Source: an uncultured Bacilli bacterium (GTDB lineage: Bacteria; Bacillota_I; Bacilli_A; RF39; UBA660). Taken from it: a DNA stretch of 64,000 bases. This document shows, one piece after another, positions 10,294 to 19,735 of this stretch. The position numbers and the translations under genes are program-made. The notes beneath the pieces are model-generated. The model ran no database searches, was not told the origin of the DNA, and saw nothing but the letters and a program-made list of their open reading frames with translations. Location of the stretch: the NCBI GenBank assembly GCA_934101645.1, contig CAKORX010000006.1, positions 15,333-79,332 of the forward strand. Reading direction: 5' to 3'. Position 1 is the stretch's first letter; the number at the start of each line of letters is the position of its first letter.

Positions 10294-10712
10294 ATGATAG
10301 ATGAGTATGTTATATATTTAAATAAAGATAAGTTTATTGTAAGTTTTGATACCCAGTATGTTATAAAAGAAAATGCCTATATTGTATTTAGTAAAAGTAA
10401 AAAAATTTTTGAGGTTAGTCAAATAAGAAGGCTTTGCAAATTTATTGAAGATACTTTTAATGTTGAGGCTTTTAATGAACTACTTAAAAAACTCATGATA
10501 TATATGAGCTTTCTGGTATACTATATATTTATTCATATTTTAATGAAATAAATTCAATTGCGGCATGTTATAATGATACAAAAACAATTTATAAAAAAGA
10601 ATATATTGATAGCATTATAGAAAAACTTGATATTAAAGTTAAGAATTTATATCCAGAGAATATTAACGATGAAACTACTTGGAAAAAAATGGAGGGTTTA
10701 GTATGGAAATAA
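10294..10712 (+). pseudogene. hypothetical protein with an apparent frame break in an A6 run (10486-10491)
   Basis: After ...FNELLKK, frame 1 runs into hydrophobic junk and stops at 10551. The frame shifted by one nt stays open for 74 more codons (THDIYELSG...TWKKMEGLVWK). It ends in an ATGGAAATAA overlap with the start of the next gene. Confidence 0.4.
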
Positions 10713-12043
10713 CAGAAAAGGCAAAAAAATTTGCAATAATGGCTCATTTTGGACAAGTTAGAAAAAGTGAAAAAGATAAGCCAATGATTATTCATCCAAT
10801 AGATGTAGCATACATATTAAAAAAATATGGTTTTGATGATAATGTTGTTGCTGCGGGTTATTTACATGACGTTATCGAAGATACCAAATATACAAAAAAT
10901 GACATTTATAATAATTTTGGTGAAGATATACTATCTTTGGTTATGGGAGATACAGAAAAAGATAAAAGTTTAAGCTGGGAAGAGCGAAAAGAAATTACTA
11001 TTGAAGAAGTGAAAAAACTGGATTTAAGACATAAAGCTATTGTTTGTGCTGATAAAATAAGTAATCTTGAAGATTTAATTATTTGTTTTGTAAAATTTGG
11101 TAAAAAGGATTTTTCTTGTTTTAAAAGAGGCTATGAAAAACAAAAATGGTATTATGAAAGTATATATGAAAGCTTAATTTATAATGAAGATGAAAATATA
11201 CCAATGTTTGTATTTTTAAAAGATTTAATTGATGAGGCTTTTACTTTAGAGGAAAATAATTTTGTTAAAGATGAAATTTTTAAAGGAAAACAAAGAGAAT
11301 ATAAAAAATTAAAAAATTTACATTTTAGAAAAGTTGAATTAATGAAATTAAAAAGATTATTTGATTTACCTACGTACGTAATAGAATTTACTGGTACTCC
11401 ACGTACAGGCAAAACAACTCTTATTAATAATTTAAAAGATTTTTTTAAAAAGGGTGGTTTTAAAGTTTCAGTTTTAGAGGAGTTTACTACATCTGAAAAA
11501 TATAAAAAGGAAATATTTCCACTTTTAAAAGATAAGTATAAAAGTATTGTAAATATTGAAATACCCAAATATGTAAGATGTCAACTCGAAGATTCTTTAA
11601 AAGAAAATAATGACATCATTATTGTTGATAGAAGTCTTTTTGATAGACTTATTTGGGTAGAAAGATTACATATTAAAAATGGTATGGATGGCCAAGAGTA
11701 TAATGATTTTTTCAAAGAGTACACAAAAGTTATTAAAAATGAAATTAATTCTATAATTGCTACATATACGGATAGTTTAACATCATTAAAAAGAGATTAT
11801 AATGCAAATTTATCACTTGAAAAAAGAAATTTTTTGAGTATAGAAAATGTTAATGAATATAATGAAGCTTTAATGAATGTAAAAACTATAACAGAAAATA
11901 AGGATATTAATATTGACATATTTGACACAACATTTAAAAATGAAAGAACTATTTCAATAGAAGTTGCTGACAAATTATTAACACAAATGAGAGAATTTTA
12001 TTTAAATAAAATAAAAATATATTTAGAAAGGAATAAAGAGTAA
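10703..12043 (+). CDS. fusion protein: RelA/SpoT-type HD hydrolase domain plus P-loop kinase-like domain
   Basis: N-terminus AKKFAIMAHFGQVRK...HPIDVA...GYLHDVIEDT (HD_4/SpoT hydrolase signature). C-terminus has Walker A GTPRTGKTT and a later IIIVDRS (Walker B-like). RBS GGAGGG precedes the ATG at 10703. Confidence 0.6.
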   Translation: MEITEKAKKFAIMAHFGQVRKSEKDKPMIIHPIDVAYILKKYGFDDNVVAAGYLHDVIEDTKYTKNDIYNNFGEDILSLVMGDTEKDKSLSWEERKEITIEEVKKLDLRHKAIVCADKISNLEDLIICFVKFGKKDFSCFKRGYEKQKWYYESIYESLIYNEDENIPMFVFLKDLIDEAFTLEENNFVKDEIFKGKQREYKKLKNLHFRKVELMKLKRLFDLPTYVIEFTGTPRTGKTTLINNLKDFFKKGGFKVSVLEEFTTSEKYKKEIFPLLKDKYKSIVNIEIPKYVRCQLEDSLKENNDIIIVDRSLFDRLIWVERLHIKNGMDGQEYNDFFKEYTKVIKNEINSIIATYTDSLTSLKRDYNANLSLEKRNFLSIENVNEYNEALMNVKTITENKDINIDIFDTTFKNERTISIEVADKLLTQMREFYLNKIKIYLERNKE

Positions 12044-12046
12044 AAT

Positions 12047-12718
12047 ATGATAAAATCTAAAGGTTGGAACTGGGAAATTGTAGATAATGATAAAAATAAT
12101 ATTTGGAAAATACCTAGTATTGAATCATACTATTTGGTAAATAGATGGTTAAGTTTGGGCTTTAAGGATTTTCTTGATTTAGGTTGTGGTTTAGGAAGGC
12201 ATACTGTTTTATTTGCCTCAAATGAATTTAATGTATCTGCATTTGATATAAGTGAAAATGCTATTGAAAGAACAAAAAATTGGATTGACGAACTTAATTT
12301 AAAAGCTAGTTATAAACATGGTGATATGGTTTGTTTACCTTATGAAAATGATAGCTTTGATTGTATTTTGTGTAGAAATGTTATTTCCCATCAAGATACT
12401 GAAGGAGTAAAAAAAATAATTTTAGAGTTAAAAAGAGTTTTAAGAAAAGGCGGAGAATGTTATTTAACTTTAGGCTCAAAAGACACTTGGGGTTTTAAAC
12501 AAGAGGATTGGCCTTTGATTGATGAAAATACCAGACTTAGAATGGAAGAAGGTCCAGAATATAAAGTGCCTCATTTTTATGCAGATTATAATTTAATAAA
12601 AGAGTTATTTAAAGATTTTAAGATTGAATTTATTAATCATATTGAAGATTTTTATGAGTCAAATGGGAAAACGTATTCTTCATTTCATTACCATGTTTTA
12701 ATAAAAAAGCAAAGTTGA
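12047..12718 (+). CDS. class I SAM-dependent methyltransferase
   Basis: Motif I LDLGCGLGRH, then an acidic residue after beta-2 (AFDIS). Confidence 0.7.
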   Translation: MIKSKGWNWEIVDNDKNNIWKIPSIESYYLVNRWLSLGFKDFLDLGCGLGRHTVLFASNEFNVSAFDISENAIERTKNWIDELNLKASYKHGDMVCLPYENDSFDCILCRNVISHQDTEGVKKIILELKRVLRKGGECYLTLGSKDTWGFKQEDWPLIDENTRLRMEEGPEYKVPHFYADYNLIKELFKDFKIEFINHIEDFYESNGKTYSSFHYHVLIKKQS

Positions 12719-12781
12719 ATAAGTTTTTCTTATTCTTTTTTTTAATGAAAAAATAATGATATAATATAGAGGGTGGAAATT

Positions 12782-13180
12782 ATGAAAAAAGAAATCAATG
12801 TAGTAGCAGCTTTAATCATAAAAGATAATAAAGCTTTAATTGCCAAAAGATCAACACATAAAGACGGCTTTAATCAATGGGAATTTCCTGGTGGAAAAGT
12901 CGAAGATAATGAAACTGAATATGAAGCTATTGAAAGAGAAATAAGAGAAGAATTTAATGTTGAAGTTAAAGCAATTTCTTTTGTAACAAATAGTTTTTAT
13001 AAATATACACATAATGATGTAAATTTGAAACTATATGAATGTAAATATGTTTCAGGTACATTTACACTTAATGTCCATAGTGCATTTGCTTGGGTAGATA
13101 TTAAAGATTTATTAAATTATGATTTTGCTCCTGCGGATAAAATTTTAGCAAAATATGTTGTTGATAAATATAATAAATAA
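12782..13180 (+). CDS. NUDIX hydrolase (MutT-like)
   Basis: Nudix box GGKVEDNETEYEAIEREIREEFNV. The ATG at 12782 follows GAGGGTGG. Confidence 0.75.
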   Translation: MKKEINVVAALIIKDNKALIAKRSTHKDGFNQWEFPGGKVEDNETEYEAIEREIREEFNVEVKAISFVTNSFYKYTHNDVNLKLYECKYVSGTFTLNVHSAFAWVDIKDLLNYDFAPADKILAKYVVDKYNK

Positions 13181-13188
13181 GAGGAAAT

Positions 13189-14067
13189 ATGAATAATAAA
13201 ATTGAAAATAGTAAAAAGGTAAGCTTAGTAAGTCTTATTGGTAATATCTTTCTTTTATCAATAAAATCATTGGTGGCCTTTACAAGTAATAGTCAATCTC
13301 TTATTGCAGACACTTTTAATAGTGCTGGTGACATATTGTCGTCTTTTATGACTTATGTTGGAAGCAAAATTAGTTCGAAGAATCCTGATGAAGATCATAA
13401 TTTAGGTCATGGAAAAGCAGAATACATATATAGTCTTTTGGTAAGCATTATTATGTTATTATTTTGTATAAATGTTATAAAAGATTCTATTTTTTCAATT
13501 ATTTATAATGAAAAATTAAATTATTCATTTAAATTAATTGTTATTTGCATCATTACTATATTAGTTAAGTTTGTATTATTTTTGTATTCTCGTTTACTTT
13601 ACAAAAAAGATAAAAGTATATTAATTAAAACTTCATATATAGATCATAGAAATGATATGTTAATAACACTTACAACATTAATATCAATAATACTTTCACA
13701 TAATAATATCATGTATATTGATTCAATCGTGGGCATTTTAATAAGTCTATGGATAATGTATGTGGCAGTAAAATTATTTATTGAAAGTTATAACGTTCTT
13801 ATGGATAAAAGCTTAAATGATGAAACAAAAGAAAAAGTAATTAGCATTGTTCATAAATACAATGATATAAAAGGTATAAGACATTTTAATTCCACTCCAG
13901 TAGGATATAAATATCAAATATCATTTACAATATTTGTCGATGGAAATATGTCAACGTTTAAAAGTCACGAAATTGCAAATAAATTAGAAAAGGATATTAT
14001 TGCAAATGTTCCAGAAATATATTTAGCGGTAATACATGTTAATCCAATAAAAGAGGAAAGAAGATGA
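13189..14067 (+). CDS. cation diffusion facilitator family transporter
   Basis: Six predicted TM helices, conserved D..ND/HxxxD-type sites (IADTFNSAGD; DHRND) and a C-terminal cytoplasmic domain. Confidence 0.7.
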   Translation: MNNKIENSKKVSLVSLIGNIFLLSIKSLVAFTSNSQSLIADTFNSAGDILSSFMTYVGSKISSKNPDEDHNLGHGKAEYIYSLLVSIIMLLFCINVIKDSIFSIIYNEKLNYSFKLIVICIITILVKFVLFLYSRLLYKKDKSILIKTSYIDHRNDMLITLTTLISIILSHNNIMYIDSIVGILISLWIMYVAVKLFIESYNVLMDKSLNDETKEKVISIVHKYNDIKGIRHFNSTPVGYKYQISFTIFVDGNMSTFKSHEIANKLEKDIIANVPEIYLAVIHVNPIKEERR

Positions 14068-14291
14068 AACTAATTCATGTTATTAATATGTTATTAAAAG
14101 AAATTAATTCAAAAATACCTGACAATAATAAAAAAAATTATTTGGATGATGAAATGGATATGTATAATCTTAGTGAAGAAGAAAGAGAACTTGTAAAAAA
14201 TGGTGAATATGATCCATGGGATTTTGATACTGAAGGTCCATTTGAAGAAGATGATTATTATGATGATGACTATGACTATGATGATGATTAA
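14064..14291 (+). CDS. small highly acidic protein (D/Y/E-rich tail)
   Basis: 4-nt overlap with the CDF gene. Ends in ...EEDDYYDDDYDYDDD. A hairpin terminator follows (GTTTAACAATTTGTTAAAC plus a T-run). Confidence 0.4.
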   Translation: MKLIHVINMLLKEINSKIPDNNKKNYLDDEMDMYNLSEEERELVKNGEYDPWDFDTEGPFEEDDYYDDDYDYDDD

Positions 14292-14520
14292 GTTTAACAA
14301 TTTGTTAAACTTTTTTTATAAATAAAAAATTTGTCGACAACAAGTAAAATATTTAGTACAATTAAGTTGTAATTTAAAGGCATAAAAAAAGCTACCTAAG
14401 CAGCATCTTATTACATAAATAAGTATTTAGTATTAACTCTCTATGTCATCCTAAATTTTTAAATATGATTATATTTTATTTAATGTTATAATGTTTTTAT
14501 AGAAGTTATTGGAGAATATT

Positions 14521-15357
14521 ATGATTCATAGGATGAAATTAGGCAATGAACCATTTGTAGATATTAAAAATGGTACTAAAAAAATTGAAATTAGATTAAA
14601 TGATGAAAAAAGGCGAAGAATAAAAATTAATGATTATTTAGAATTTACAAATGTAGAAACTCTAGAAATAATTTACGTAAAAGTAACAAACTTGCATAAA
14701 TTTTCAACATTTGAAGAATTATTTGAAAAATTTGAATCGTCAATTTTAGGCGGTGGGCAAGCAAAAGATATGTATTTATATTATTCAGCTGCAAGTGAGG
14801 TAAAATATGGAGTAATAGGAATAGAATTAAAATATATCAAATCTATTAATCAAATTATACATAATGATTATAATTTAACTTTAAATGAAGTAACTAAAAC
14901 TATTAGAAGAGCAAAATTAATTGTAGAAAATAATAAAGGTGAAATCCTTTTATGTCATTTGAATAACAATTATTTTCTTGTTGGAGGTCACGTAGAAAAT
15001 AATGAAACTGATGAAGATACTTTAATAAGGGAAGTTAAAGAAGAAACTGGAATATCAGTTGATTTTAAAAATTTATTTCCTATTGCGAATGTAAGTTATA
15101 TAAATAAAGATTATCCTGAGAAAAATATGATAACATATACTAGTTCTAATTATTACTATATTAAATATGATTTAATTCCTGATAAAGAAAAAATAAATTT
15201 AACTCAGGAAGAATTATCTGGTAATTTTGAATTAATATATATTTCAAAAAATGATATTGTAACATTTTTACAAAACTCTATGAAAAAATGTACCAGAAAA
15301 GGGACTTTACAAGACACTATATTTGCTATAGAAACGTATTTTACAACAAAAAAATAA
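14521..15357 (+). CDS. ASCH domain - NUDIX hydrolase fusion protein
   Basis: N-terminus MKLGNEPFVDIKNGTKKIEIRLNDEKRRRIKINDYLEF is ASCH-like. C-terminal Nudix box GGHVENNETDEDTLIREVKEETG. The ATG at 14521 lies 7 nt after GGAG. Confidence 0.6.
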   Translation: MIHRMKLGNEPFVDIKNGTKKIEIRLNDEKRRRIKINDYLEFTNVETLEIIYVKVTNLHKFSTFEELFEKFESSILGGGQAKDMYLYYSAASEVKYGVIGIELKYIKSINQIIHNDYNLTLNEVTKTIRRAKLIVENNKGEILLCHLNNNYFLVGGHVENNETDEDTLIREVKEETGISVDFKNLFPIANVSYINKDYPEKNMITYTSSNYYYIKYDLIPDKEKINLTQEELSGNFELIYISKNDIVTFLQNSMKKCTRKGTLQDTIFAIETYFTTKK

Positions 15358-15392
15358 TTTTACATAAGTGTTTATAACGTGTTATAATTAAT

Positions 15393-16394
15393 ATGGGTGT
15401 ATTTATGAAAAAAGTAAGCATAATGTATGAAGATTTTTTGAAGGAAAAAACTAAACAGGATATTATTGATTATCTTAATTTTTTTAATATAAAATATAGA
15501 CATAATGGCTCTAAAGACAATTTAGAAAGAATTTTATTTAATAGTCTTGAGGAAATAGTAAGATATTCATTTAATTTGTTTCAAAATGATGAACTAGCAA
15601 ATATAAAATTAGTTATTAAAAATTCTGGTTATGTAAAAATTAAGGCAAATTATTTGTTACAATATTTTATGAATAACTTAGCACGTTTTGGACTTGTTAA
15701 AATCATTAGTGAAACTGAATATCTAATGCCCAAAGAAGTAGTTAGGTATTTTAAATTGTGTTTAAAAGATAAACAAATCTTAAAAAATGTAAAGCAAAAT
15801 ACCAAAGAATATAATTTACTTTTAGGTATAATTAATACATATGGTGTTTTGACGTTTGAAAAATTTTATACAATTTATAGCAAATCTTTTGAATATAAAG
15901 AAACTGAATTATATGACAAACTATTAATTTTGCAAAAATTTTATCTAGAATTTAATATTTTGAATGATAAAAATAATAAATATATATGTAATAATTATTT
16001 TGAAAAATTAAAAGATGTAAAAAAATATATTAAGAAGAAGGCGGAATATAAAGAATTTACACAAAAAGAATTAGTAAATATATATAATTTTAAATATATG
16101 TGTAAATTTAAGCCATATAAAAAACTTTTGTCATTTGTAAAAAAGAATTATTATTTAAATGAAAAAGATATTAAAGTTTTTCATAAATATGTAATTATTC
16201 CATATTTAAATGATATTCAAATTGGTTGTACTGGAGCTGAGGAAAATTTATCAATAAATATTGATAAATATTTTGAATATAAAAATGAGAAACATAAGGG
16301 TAAGTTTATGGAACTAATAAAGGAAATTATAAACTATTATCCTATGTGGAAATATTATGGTTTTAGTCAAATGGAGGTAAAATGCGAAAAATAA
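15393..16394 (+). CDS. hypothetical protein
   Basis: Long ORF with no motif I recognise. Overlaps the next gene, suggesting an operon. Confidence 0.4.
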   Translation: MGVFMKKVSIMYEDFLKEKTKQDIIDYLNFFNIKYRHNGSKDNLERILFNSLEEIVRYSFNLFQNDELANIKLVIKNSGYVKIKANYLLQYFMNNLARFGLVKIISETEYLMPKEVVRYFKLCLKDKQILKNVKQNTKEYNLLLGIINTYGVLTFEKFYTIYSKSFEYKETELYDKLLILQKFYLEFNILNDKNNKYICNNYFEKLKDVKKYIKKKAEYKEFTQKELVNIYNFKYMCKFKPYKKLLSFVKKNYYLNEKDIKVFHKYVIIPYLNDIQIGCTGAEENLSINIDKYFEYKNEKHKGKFMELIKEIINYYPMWKYYGFSQMEVKCEK

Positions 16395-16750
16395 AAAATT
16401 GGCAATTATATGCATCTTTAATAATAATTTGTGTTTTTTCAATTTTCTATTTTATAACTATGAATAAATATAGTTATGCGTTTGCTTATGACAAGGAGAA
16501 GGAACAAAAAGTAAATCAGTTAATGTTAATAAATAAATGTGCAGAGATTTATGCAGAAAATAATTCAAAATTATTTTCTGACAAAGATACAATATATATT
16601 ACCGTAAATGATTTAGTAACTGGTGGTATTTTGCCTTCTGAAGATGGAAAGGTATATGAAGCAGGTAGTAATGTTAAGTTATTAAATGATAATAAAATTA
16701 GAATTACATTGGCAGACGATAAATATACTATAAAAATGTTAAATGAATAA
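16382..16750 (+). CDS. hypothetical N-terminally membrane-anchored protein
   Basis: RBS GGAGG and one N-terminal TM helix (LYASLIIICVFSIFYFITM). Confidence 0.4.
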   Translation: MRKIKNWQLYASLIIICVFSIFYFITMNKYSYAFAYDKEKEQKVNQLMLINKCAEIYAENNSKLFSDKDTIYITVNDLVTGGILPSEDGKVYEAGSNVKLLNDNKIRITLADDKYTIKMLNE

Positions 16751-16838
16751 AATGTAAAGTATTTGTAAAAATTCACTAAAAATATTGCAACCATTTGGTA
16801 AAATTGGGTAAGATAGTATTGTAAGGAGCTGATACAAT

Positions 16839-17051
16839 ATGATTTATCCATCAATAGATAAATTATTAAATATAGTTGATTCAAAATATATGCTTGTTCA
16901 TGTTGCTGCCAAAAGAGCCAAACAAATGCTTGAGTATGGGCACTATCAAATGGATAAAAAAGAGTATGTTAATAAAAAACCTTTAGGTAGAAGTTTAGAA
17001 GAAGTTGAAAAAGGTTTAATTACTGTAATAAGAAAAGAAAAAAAATCTTGA
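16839..17051 (+). CDS. rpoZ: DNA-directed RNA polymerase subunit omega
   Basis: MIYPSIDKLLNIVDSKYMLVHVAAKRAKQM is the RpoZ N-terminal signature. RBS AAGGAG. Confidence 0.85.
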   Translation: MIYPSIDKLLNIVDSKYMLVHVAAKRAKQMLEYGHYQMDKKEYVNKKPLGRSLEEVEKGLITVIRKEKKS

Positions 17052-17089
17052 TTATCTTAAAAAAGTATGATAAGATAATCTAGTCTTAT

Positions 17090-17166
17090 GGGGAATTAGC
17101 TCAGCTGGCTAGAGCACCTGCCCTGCACGCAGGGGGTCGCGGGTTCGAATCCCACATTCTCCACCA
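17090..17166 (+). tRNA. tRNA-Ala(UGC), CCA encoded, atypical C33
   Basis: Acceptor GGGGAAT/ATTCTCC with the G3:U70 Ala identity pair. Anticodon stem CCTGC/GCAGG and loop CCTGCAC. T arm GCGGG-TTCGAAT-CCCAC has one C:A mismatch. Confidence 0.75.
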
Positions 17167-17177
17167 ATAAGAATTTG

Positions 17178-17200
17178 AAAGCCAATTATTGGCTTTTTTT
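17178..17200 (+). terminator. Rho-independent terminator after tRNA-Ala
   Basis: AAAGCCAAT-T-ATTGGCTTT followed by a T-run. Confidence 0.75.
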
Positions 17201-17276
17201 ATTTGTAAAATTGTATATTAAACATTGTAAAAAAAACATTTTTTTGCTATTCTTATATTAGAATAGGTGATGGAAA

Positions 17277-17753
17277 ATGAGAAATTCATTAGTTATAAAA
17301 TTAGTAATAATATTTGTTTCATGTATAGCTGCAATAATACTTGCATCATATGTTGTAAAGCTTGCTAGAAACAGTAATTCTTTAACGTATAATTTAGGTA
17401 AAAATGTTGCTGAATATGAGGACACTTATATTAAAAGTTATGATGATTATTTAGCATTGGTAAAAAAATATAATATAAAAAAAGACTTAACTTCTACAAA
17501 TTTTTCATCACATTACTTCATTGCTTCATTTCAAGATTATGATTCATGCTCAGAGAAAAAATTTAAATTAGTAAAATCTGTAAAAAAAGAAAATGGAGAA
17601 TATAATATTAATTTCGAAGTGTATAATAAATGTGGTTGGTGTAAAAAAAATATTGTATTATATTTAATTGAAGTCGATAAATTTAATTCTGATGATCCAA
17701 AAATAAATTATAATTATACATTTGTAAATGATTTAAATTGCGGGAATGTTTAA
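17277..17753 (+). CDS. hypothetical membrane-anchored protein
   Basis: RBS AGGTGA, N-terminal TM helix, extracytoplasmic Cys-containing domain. Confidence 0.4.
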   Translation: MRNSLVIKLVIIFVSCIAAIILASYVVKLARNSNSLTYNLGKNVAEYEDTYIKSYDDYLALVKKYNIKKDLTSTNFSSHYFIASFQDYDSCSEKKFKLVKSVKKENGEYNINFEVYNKCGWCKKNIVLYLIEVDKFNSDDPKINYNYTFVNDLNCGNV

Positions 17754-17841
17754 CGCATTTCTTGTGTAAGTTTACAAATAATGATAGTATAGATTTGTAA
17801 ATGTTATTATTTATGTAAAAACATAAAAGAAAGGAAATAAA

Positions 17842-18162
17842 ATGAATTCACAAATAGCAAATGAATTAATAAAGGGAATTAGTGTTTTATCTGATTTAAA
17901 AGGTAGCAATGATAGTCAGGCTTTAGATTATGTAATAACAATTATGAAAAGTGAGCTTAAAGATATGGCTCCGAGTGCAGACTATGTAAATGATAATTAT
18001 TTTTATAATTTGAATAGAACTAGAGTTATGGTAATGCTTTTACTTGATGTATATAGGCAAAAAAATAATCTTGAATTTAATAAAAATCTAAATGAAGTTT
18101 TAGACATTTTAAATATGGAAATTGAAAAAGAAAAGAAAAAGCAAGACAATATTGGAAGATAA
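17842..18162 (+). CDS. hypothetical protein
   Basis: RBS GAAAGGAAA. No recognisable motif. Confidence 0.35.
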   Translation: MNSQIANELIKGISVLSDLKGSNDSQALDYVITIMKSELKDMAPSADYVNDNYFYNLNRTRVMVMLLLDVYRQKNNLEFNKNLNEVLDILNMEIEKEKKKQDNIGR

Positions 18163-18171
18163 GGTGATGTT

Positions 18172-18939
18172 ATGAAAAATATTGCAATCGTTACTGGTGC
18201 TTCATCAGGTATTGGTAAAAAATTTGCTACAACTTTAACAAATAACGTTAATGTTGATGAGATTTGGGTTATTGCACGTAGTCTTGAAAATCTTAAAAAA
18301 TTATCAAGTGAAATAAATATTCCAATTAAACCAATAACACTTGATTTAAGCGACGAAAAAAGTTATGAAAAATTTAAAACAATCTTAGAGGACGAAAAGC
18401 CGAATGTTAAATTACTTATAAATGCTTCGGGATATGGAAAATTCGAAAAAAGTACTAAAATTAGTTTAGAGGATTCATTAGGTATGATAAAGTTAAACGA
18501 TATTGGTCTTACCGCCATGTGTTTGATAACAATTCCGTACATGAAAAAAAACTCAAGTATTATCAATATTGCCTCAGTGGCAGCATTTCAACCAGTTCCG
18601 TACATAAATATATATTCTGCTACAAAAGCATATGTTCTTTCATTTTCACGTAGTTTAAATGCCGAATTAAAAAAAGATGGAATTCATGTAATGGCGGTGT
18701 GTCCATTTTGGACCAAAACAAAATTTTTTGATAGAGCAGTTTCAAAAAATGAAGTCATAAAAAAGTATGTTGTAATGTATGAACCAGATGATATTGTTAG
18801 AACTGCATGGTTAGATTTAAAAAAGAAAAAAGATATTAGTATTTATGGATTTGTTGCTAAATCACAAAGAATACTTAGTAAATTATTACCAAATAAATTA
18901 ATTGCAAGTATTTGGTTAAATCAACAAAAATTAAAATAA
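18172..18939 (+). CDS. SDR family oxidoreductase
   Basis: TGASSGIGKKF cofactor motif and YSATKAY catalytic motif. Confidence 0.8.
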   Translation: MKNIAIVTGASSGIGKKFATTLTNNVNVDEIWVIARSLENLKKLSSEINIPIKPITLDLSDEKSYEKFKTILEDEKPNVKLLINASGYGKFEKSTKISLEDSLGMIKLNDIGLTAMCLITIPYMKKNSSIINIASVAAFQPVPYINIYSATKAYVLSFSRSLNAELKKDGIHVMAVCPFWTKTKFFDRAVSKNEVIKKYVVMYEPDDIVRTAWLDLKKKKDISIYGFVAKSQRILSKLLPNKLIASIWLNQQKLK

Positions 18940-18953
18940 TATGGAGGTAAATT

Positions 18954-19721
18954 ATGGAATTTTTATTAGTTATTTTAGGAATTATTGTTATAATTAATTT
19001 AGCTTCTTTAAAGCAGATTAATGAGTATGAAAGAGGAGTAAAATTTACTGCCGGAAGATTTTCAAAAATTATGCAACCGGGATGGAGAGTAGTGTTACCA
19101 ATTTTTCAAAGTTATAAAAAAGTCGACATTAGAACAAAAGTAGATGATGTTCCAGAACAAGAAGCAATTACTAAAGATAATGTTTCTGTTAAAATAAATG
19201 CTGTTATATATTATAAAGTATTTGATGCATCTTTAGCTGTTTTAGAAGTTGAGGATTTTTACTATGCAACAGCCCAACTTGCGCAAACAACAATGAGAAA
19301 TATTGTTGGTAGTGTAACTCTTGATGAGCTTCTATGTGAAAGAGAAAAAGTTAGTGAGAAAATAAAAGAAATAATCGATAAAGAAACTGATCCTTGGGGA
19401 ATTAAAGTTGAAAATGTAGAGCTTAAAGACATATCTTTAACAGATGAAATGAAAAGAGTTATTGCAAGAGCTGCAGAAGCCGAAAGAGAAAAACAAGCTG
19501 TTATAACCAAATCTGTGGGTGAAGCTCAAGCTGCTGAAAACTTAGCAAAAGCCGCTAAAATGTTAGCAGAAAGTCCAGGAGCACTACATTTAAGAACACT
19601 AGAGACAATTAACGATGTTTCTTCAGATCAATCAAATACGATTTTCTTTCCAATACCAATGGAATTGCTTGAGGCTGTAAAAGGGTATGCTGATAAAACT
19701 AAACAAGAAAATAAAAAATAG
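18954..19721 (+). CDS. SPFH/band-7 (stomatin-like) membrane protein
   Basis: N-terminal TM helix, then EYERGVKFTAGRF...TKDNV...AQTTMRNIVG...ER..AEAERE, typical of slipin/HflC-like proteins. Confidence 0.75.
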   Translation: MEFLLVILGIIVIINLASLKQINEYERGVKFTAGRFSKIMQPGWRVVLPIFQSYKKVDIRTKVDDVPEQEAITKDNVSVKINAVIYYKVFDASLAVLEVEDFYYATAQLAQTTMRNIVGSVTLDELLCEREKVSEKIKEIIDKETDPWGIKVENVELKDISLTDEMKRVIARAAEAEREKQAVITKSVGEAQAAENLAKAAKMLAESPGALHLRTLETINDVSSDQSNTIFFPIPMELLEAVKGYADKTKQENKK

Positions 19722-19735
19722 TTAATTTATAAATT

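Noticed and set aside
11179-11568. 129-aa minus-strand ORF, and the many other 60-110-aa antisense ORFs in the track (e.g. 306-515, 2679-2900, 5492-5716, 16549-16884, 19262-19510, 40310-40725, 56850-57110)
   Set aside because: Each lies antisense within a better-supported gene, lacks an RBS and has biased composition. None is reported as a feature.
14220-14291. GAT/GAC/TAT microsatellite-like run
   Set aside because: It encodes the D/Y acidic tail of the 75-aa ORF, so it is compositional rather than a structural repeat.
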